Below, in pieces: positions 41,595 through 64,000 of a stretch of 64,000 nt of DNA. Source of the DNA: the human T2T-CHM13v2.0 reference genome, Homo sapiens. The translations under genes and the position numbers were made by a program. How positions within the stretch are numbered: the first letter of the stretch is position 1; each line of letters begins with the position of its first letter. The notes under the pieces were generated by a model, which saw nothing but the letters and a program-made list of their open reading frames with translations, did no database searches and was not told the DNA's origin. The stretch lies in the NCBI RefSeq assembly GCF_009914755.1, contig NC_060943.1; one strand, 5' to 3'.

Positions 41595-41664
41595 GTCTAT
41601 CTGTCTATCTATCTGTGGGCACTCTATAGATAGGTAGGTAGGTAGGTGGTAGGTAGGTAGGTAG
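41560..41664. repeat. Compound microsatellite (CTAT)n followed by (TAGG)n
   Basis: Direct reading. Confidence 0.95.
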
Positions 41665-52295
<10,631 letters not shown>

Positions 52296-54800
52296 TTTTT
52301 TCTTTTCTTTTCTTTTTTTTTTTTTTAGATGGAGTCTCGCTCTGTCACCCAGGCTGGAGTGCAGTGGCACAATCTCGGCTCACTGCATCCTCCACCTCCC
52401 AGGTTCAAGCAATTCTCTGCCTCAGCCTCTTGGGTAGCTGCGATTACAGGTGCCCGCCACCATGCCCTGCTAATTTTTGTATTTTTAGTACAGACAGGAT
52501 TTAGCCATCTTGGCCAGCTGCTCCTAAACTCCTGACCTCATGATCCACCCACTTCGGCCTCCAAAGTGCTGGGATTACAGGCGTGAGCTACCATGCCTGG
52601 CCAGAACCCAATATTTTCTACAATATTTTATACATTTCTTTCTACATGGATTATATAAATTGGGCTTTCCAGCAGAAAAAGGAAAAGAAAAAGCATATGT
52701 CTCAATGAGAGCACACAATTATGAGAATGGCAACCATGTAAAGAAAAATTGCAAGGACTTAGTGCTGATGAGGATTTACAGCAACTAAAACTAGAAATGT
52801 AAAATGATACAGTAAAACAATTTAACGGTTTATTGTAATGTTATATATACATTTATCATATTACCAGGATATCCACTCCTAGGTCATTACTAAAGCAAAG
52901 TGAAAACTAATGTTGAAATGCAAACCTTTTTGTGGCTGTGTATTGCTAACTTTATTTTCAATTGCAAAAAGCTAGGTATAAACCAGATGCTTTATAGCAG
53001 TTGAATAAACTGTGGTGCATCCATAAAATAGCATCCTAGTTGTCAACAACAACAAAAAACAAATTATTGATCTACGCCACAGTATGCATGAGTCAGACAT
53101 GCATTTCCTTCAGTGAAGGAAGTAAGATCCAAAAGGCTACATATTACATGATCCAATTATATGGCATTGTAGAAAAAGAAAGTTATAGAGATTGATTATA
53201 ATCAAGCTAGGCTTGATAGCTCAAACCTATAATCTCAGCATGTTGGGAGGCTGAGGTGAGAGAGTTGTTTGAGTCAGGGATTTTAAGAGCAGCCTGAGCA
53301 ATATAACAAGACCTTCCTAAAAAAAAGAAGAAGAAAGCAGAAGGAGAAGGAGAAGGGGAGACGGAGAAATAGAAGGAGGAGGAGAAAAGGAAGGGGAAGA
53401 AAAAAGAGGAGGAGGAAGGAAAAGCAGGAGGAAGAGGAGAAAGAATAACAAAAAGTAGTAGTAGTTAGGACGATGAAACAGTTCTGTGTGGTACTCTGAA
53501 GATGGGTATGTGACTCTAGACAGTTGTCAAATCTTATGAAACTGAACATCACAGAGAATAAATTTTCCTCTGCAAAACAACACAAAACAAAAAAAATACA
53601 TTGATTTGGAGTATATTTAGATACAATGTAGAAAATTTTAAAAGGAGCTTAACCTAATAGAAATGTATTACCTAACCCTATTAAAGAGGGTTGGAATGAG
53701 GCCAGGCATGGTTGCTCATGCCTGTAATCCCAGCATTTTGGGAGGCCGAGGCAGGTGGATCACCTGAGGTCGAGAATTTGAGACTAGCCTGACCAACATG
53801 GAGAAACCCCATCTCTACAAAAAACACAAAATTAGCTGGGTATGGTGGCACATGCCTGTAATCCCAGCTCCTCGGGAGGTTGAGGCAGGAGAATCACTTG
53901 AACCCAGAGGTGTATGTTATGAAGAGCCAAGATCGTGCCATTGCACTCCAGCCTGGGCCACGAGAGCGAGAACTGCGTCTCAAAAAAAAAAAAAAAAAAG
54001 GTTGGAATGAAAGGTCTTAATTTAAATCACTTTGAAAAACAGTGTTTTGATTGAATACTGCAAGAGTCAAAAACTATACACAAACTGTATTCTTGTTGTT
54101 TTTTCATAAGCATATGAATTAGCAATTTTTAAAACTATATGTTGGCATATACACACACGCATAGTAATTACTGCCTGTTTTTTGAACTTGAAAAATGTTA
54201 GCATCAAAGGGAGAATTTTAGAATAAATGATGTGATGCTGGACCGGAGTTGCGCATGTTTTTGTTTTTTTTTTTTTTGAGACAGTCATTGTCACCCAGGC
54301 TGTAGTGCAGTGGTGCATTCCTGGCTCACTGAAGCCTCCACCTCCCAGGTTCAAGTGATTTTCATGTTTGAGCCTCCTGAGTAGCTAGAATTACAGGTGT
54401 GTACCAACTCACCTGACTAATTTTTGTATTTTTAGTAATGATGGGGTTTCACCATGTTGGCCAGGCTGGTCTCAAACCCCCTTGATCTGCCCACCTTGAC
54501 CTTCCAAAGTGCTGGGATTACAGGTGTGAGCCACCACACCTGGCCTGTTTTTTCAATAAGACTTATGACACCCACCTCAGACTTCCAAGTATCCTGGACC
54601 CTCTGGTGATATCCTGTCTCTACTTTAAAAAAAAAATACCAAAAAAAAAAAAAAAAAAAAAAAAACCACCACAGCTCTGTTTTTTGTTATTTTTTTAAAG
54701 TAGAGACAGGGTCTCACCATGTTGCCCAAGCTCGTCTTGAACTCTTGAGCTCAAGCAGTTTGTCCCTTTTGGCCTTCCAAAGTGCTGGGATTACAGGCAG
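52296..54800. mobile_element. Old L1M 3' fragment (+, ~52620-54250) with Alus/FLAM (52296-52602 -, 53205-53330 +, 53700-53999 +, 54257-54545 -, 54690-54800 -) and a GA-rich tract at 53320-53450
   Basis: ATCCACTCCTAGGT and ATAAACTGTGGTGCATCCATA motifs; Alu consensus matches. Confidence 0.78.
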
Positions 54801-55409
54801 TGTATTACTTGGTAAGAATTCATTAAGCTTTGCATGAATTAATGATTTCCACGTATATTTCTGTATGAATGTTTTATATCAACAAAAAATTACATAGTAC
54901 ATATTTGCACAAAATGCTAACTCATCTCAGAATAATGGCAGCATCTTTTGGTTTGTTTATGGTGGAACACACTCAGGACAAGATCATACAGATTGTAATA
55001 TTCCAAGAGGAGTATTAAAGCCCCACCCCTTGGGTGAAACTGTAGGTCTTTTTATTTTTACCTCAGTTTGGTTCATGGTATGTTTTTTATTTTAAGAGAA
55101 TGCAATTTTTTTGTTGTTGTTGTTTGTTTTTTCCAGAAAATGTCCCCTCACAGCAATGATTGCCAACGCCGAGGCACCTAGCACAGTGTCTTGCTCAGTG
55201 GGTACTCAGTATATATGGAACTGGGTTGATTAAGGCACAAAACCAACAGCAAGGTTGGTTCAGTGAAGAATAATTTAGTAATACTGGTTAGACTAAAAGG
55301 CCATGACTTAGCAGCAAACATTTTTACATTCATTTGAGAAATAATTTACAATTAGGTCACCTAAAAATGTTAATTTACAGCGGTGGCATTTAAGCTTGGC
55401 TGCTCTGTC

Positions 55410-55580
55410 ATCACCTATACAGATTAAAATCACACTGTTGCCCAGGTTCAACTCAAGCAATTCTGATTTAATTAGGGTGTTGCAATTTGTGTTTAGGGGA
55501 TTTTTAACACCACCACCCCCTCCCACCCCCACGCTGCCCCAAGTGATTTTTACATGCAGTCTGGGATGAAAACAATTGGT
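55410..55580. mobile_element. MER5-like hAT DNA transposon relic; L2/MIR-like 3' fragment nearby at ~55170-55215
   Basis: ATTCTGATTTAATT...CCCCAAGTGATT...ATGCAG motifs; CCTAGCACAGTGTCTTG. Confidence 0.5.
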
Positions 55581-55809
55581 TTAGGATGAGGGATGGATTC
55601 ACTGTGTGTGATTATCATGAGTGCTGCTGAGATTTGTCCCATGGCTGCTTCTGACTTTGGGATTTTGAAAAGCAGCGCTGCCATTGTAAAAATCAAAAGA
55701 CAGCTTCAAGATGTACTCAAATACTTTGCTAAACTGCAACAGAATAAAATGTCTTCTTAGCAGCTCGGTCTATAGTCACTTTAATTCAAGGTAAGAGATT
55801 GTTTCAGGT

Positions 55810-61854
<6,045 letters not shown>

Positions 61855-61974
61855 AGTTTTCAAATGTATTCTCTGATCAAAAATGAATAATCTGTTGTTG
61901 GGCTTTGATTTTCTAAACTCATCCCTCAGCTATTTTTCCAAATTATTCTATGTCCTTTCAAAATGTTTCTGCAA

Positions 61975-62255
61975 TTTTTTTGAGATGGGGTCTCATTCTA
62001 TCACCCAGGCTGGAGTGTAGTGGTGTAATCAATTATGGCTTACTGCGGCTTTTACCTTCCATACTCAAGCCATCCTCCTGCCCTAGTCACAGAGTACCTC
62101 GGACTACAGGCATGCAACATCATGCTTGGCTAATTTTTTTTCATGAAGACAGGATTTTACTATGTCGCCCACACTGTGTTTGAACTGCTGAGCTCAAGTT
62201 ATTCTCCCATCTCAGCCTCACAAAGTGCTAAGATTACAGGTGTGAACCACCATGT
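61975..62255 (-). mobile_element. AluJ-like
   Basis: Diverged dimeric Alu with CTCAAG diagnostics. Confidence 0.85.
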
Positions 62256-62419
62256 GCTTCTGCAATTTCTTGACAGGATTATTTCCAATAATAAACAGTA
62301 CTATGTGGGCACAAATCTAAAAAAAAAAAAACTGTCTTCTTTTGCAGAAGTGTCACTCTCCAGAATTTCAAGGGTCTGTGGCAGTTACTCTAGTAATATA
62401 GTTTGATCTATGGAGGTGC

Positions 62420-62500
62420 CTGAGCTTTGGAGTCAGAATTTATCCTGAGGTTCAGCCCAGCCAATTAGTAGCTTTGGGTCTTTGGACAAGTTTCTTCATG
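62420..62500 (+). mobile_element. MIR fragment
   Basis: GCTTTGGAGTCAGA..CCTG..GGTTC..TAGCT..TTGGACAAGT core. Confidence 0.65.
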
Positions 62501-62544
62501 TGAAAGAGTTGTATAAACCACATATGCAAAAAAGGCAGAATGAT

Positions 62545-63041
62545 ACTAATTGCAGAAATTGCAGCAATTTTTCATCCCTCCTATATCCTTTGCCACGTGC
62601 TTTTTTACAGCCGTTCCCATTGAGATATGGAATCTGTTTTCCAGACCCTAGATACGGCTGACCTTATTTCCTCAGGTCAGTAGAAACCTGTGAACATGAC
62701 CGTGTGCCAGTTTGGGGCCTAGGCTCAAATGGTCTTGAATGCTTCTGCTTTTCTTTCAGAATGCTGCCCTCTCCATGAACAAAGCACATGTTAGCCAGCT
62801 GGAGGATAACATAACATGGTGGGTGGGGAAGAGAAGCAAAGTGCCTCTGTTGACAGAAGCAGAAGCTCACCCCCAGAAGCACAGCTTCCTAGTCAAGAAG
62901 CAGTTGTTGATACATGTCTGAAGGAGCTCAGCTGGGACCAGAAGAATGGCCCCAGTGAGCCCAGCCTAAATGGCTGACCATCTCAATTATTACCTAATAA
63001 GTTTTGGATGGTTGGTTATGCTGCAATAGCTAACTAATACA
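62545..63041 (+). mobile_element. MLT1 (MaLR) LTR
   Basis: GTGCCAGTT..GCCTAGG and GAGCCCAGCCTAAAT motifs; ends GCAATAGCTAACTAATACA. Confidence 0.75.
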
Positions 63042-63354
63042 TGCACCCAGTGCAGATAGGTGCCATGATTTAATGACAGGTTGATTACTAGTTACCTTCT
63101 AACAGTGGGCTCCATAAAGGTACTAATATTTTCCCCTGATTTAAAGTTAGATGTGTTGTAAGATAATGTTGAGTAACGCTGCAATACATGTAGATATGTA
63201 TGCATGTGATTGGTCCTTAGTCCCCGCACGCACAGGAGAAAACGTAAAACTACATCCTGACACTTAGGGCCAAGGCCAAATAGCAAAATAATTTTGCCTT
63301 TAATCTGTTTTCTTCATATCTAACATTGGAGGTCAAGACTGTGGACAGATCTGA

Positions 63355-63883
<529 letters not shown>

Positions 63884-63889
63884 TGATTT

Positions 63890-64000
63890 GTGAATATTCA
63901 TATAGCGTATTATTTATAAATACATATGATCTTACACAAAAGGTTAAAGTCAATACCCTCTGGGGTGGGCCTGTCTCAGTTCAGGGAGGAAGTCCTGCCC
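63890..64000 (+). promoter_or_regulatory. Probable upstream flank of the next ZNF91-family promoter (TSS just outside the window)
   Basis: AAAGGTTAAA..AATACCCTCTGGGGTGGGCCTG..TCAGGGAGGAAG.CCTGCC resembles the block I recall immediately upstream of ZNF91-family first exons. Confidence 0.5.

Overview
Primate (almost certainly human) genomic DNA from a KRAB zinc-finger gene cluster. The combination of beta-satellite blocks and a ZNF91-type first exon points to 19p12, tentatively just upstream of the main ZNF730 promoter (from recall, not verified). No complete protein-coding gene is present. Layout: (1) 1-16.7 kb, a complex beta-satellite (BSR, ~70-bp monomer) array with Alu insertions. (2) 17.0-19.6 kb, a CpG-rich element that I recognise as a diverged ribosomal-DNA relic on the minus strand, in which pre-promoter intergenic spacer is fused directly to the 3'ETS and Sal-box terminator region, with the rRNA-coding part missing. 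(3) 22.3-22.9 kb, a ZNF91-family CpG-island promoter and exon 1 (MPGHPGSCEV|gt) with no KRAB or zinc-finger exon in the next 41 kb. (4) 23-40.5 kb, intron-like sequence packed with L1, Alu, a solo LTR5 and a full-length THE1A. (5) 40.56-50.4 kb, an old inverted copy of parts of 0.5-18.3 kb (second, CpG-decayed rDNA relic plus beta-satellite). (6) 50.4-61.9 kb, MER4-group/MER57 ERV remnants. (7) MIR/MLT1 and what looks like the upstream flank of the next ZNF promoter at the window end. Several locally templated insertions and a near-perfect tandem Alu duplication are also visible. All family and homology assignments come from motif recognition by eye; no alignment or search was run.
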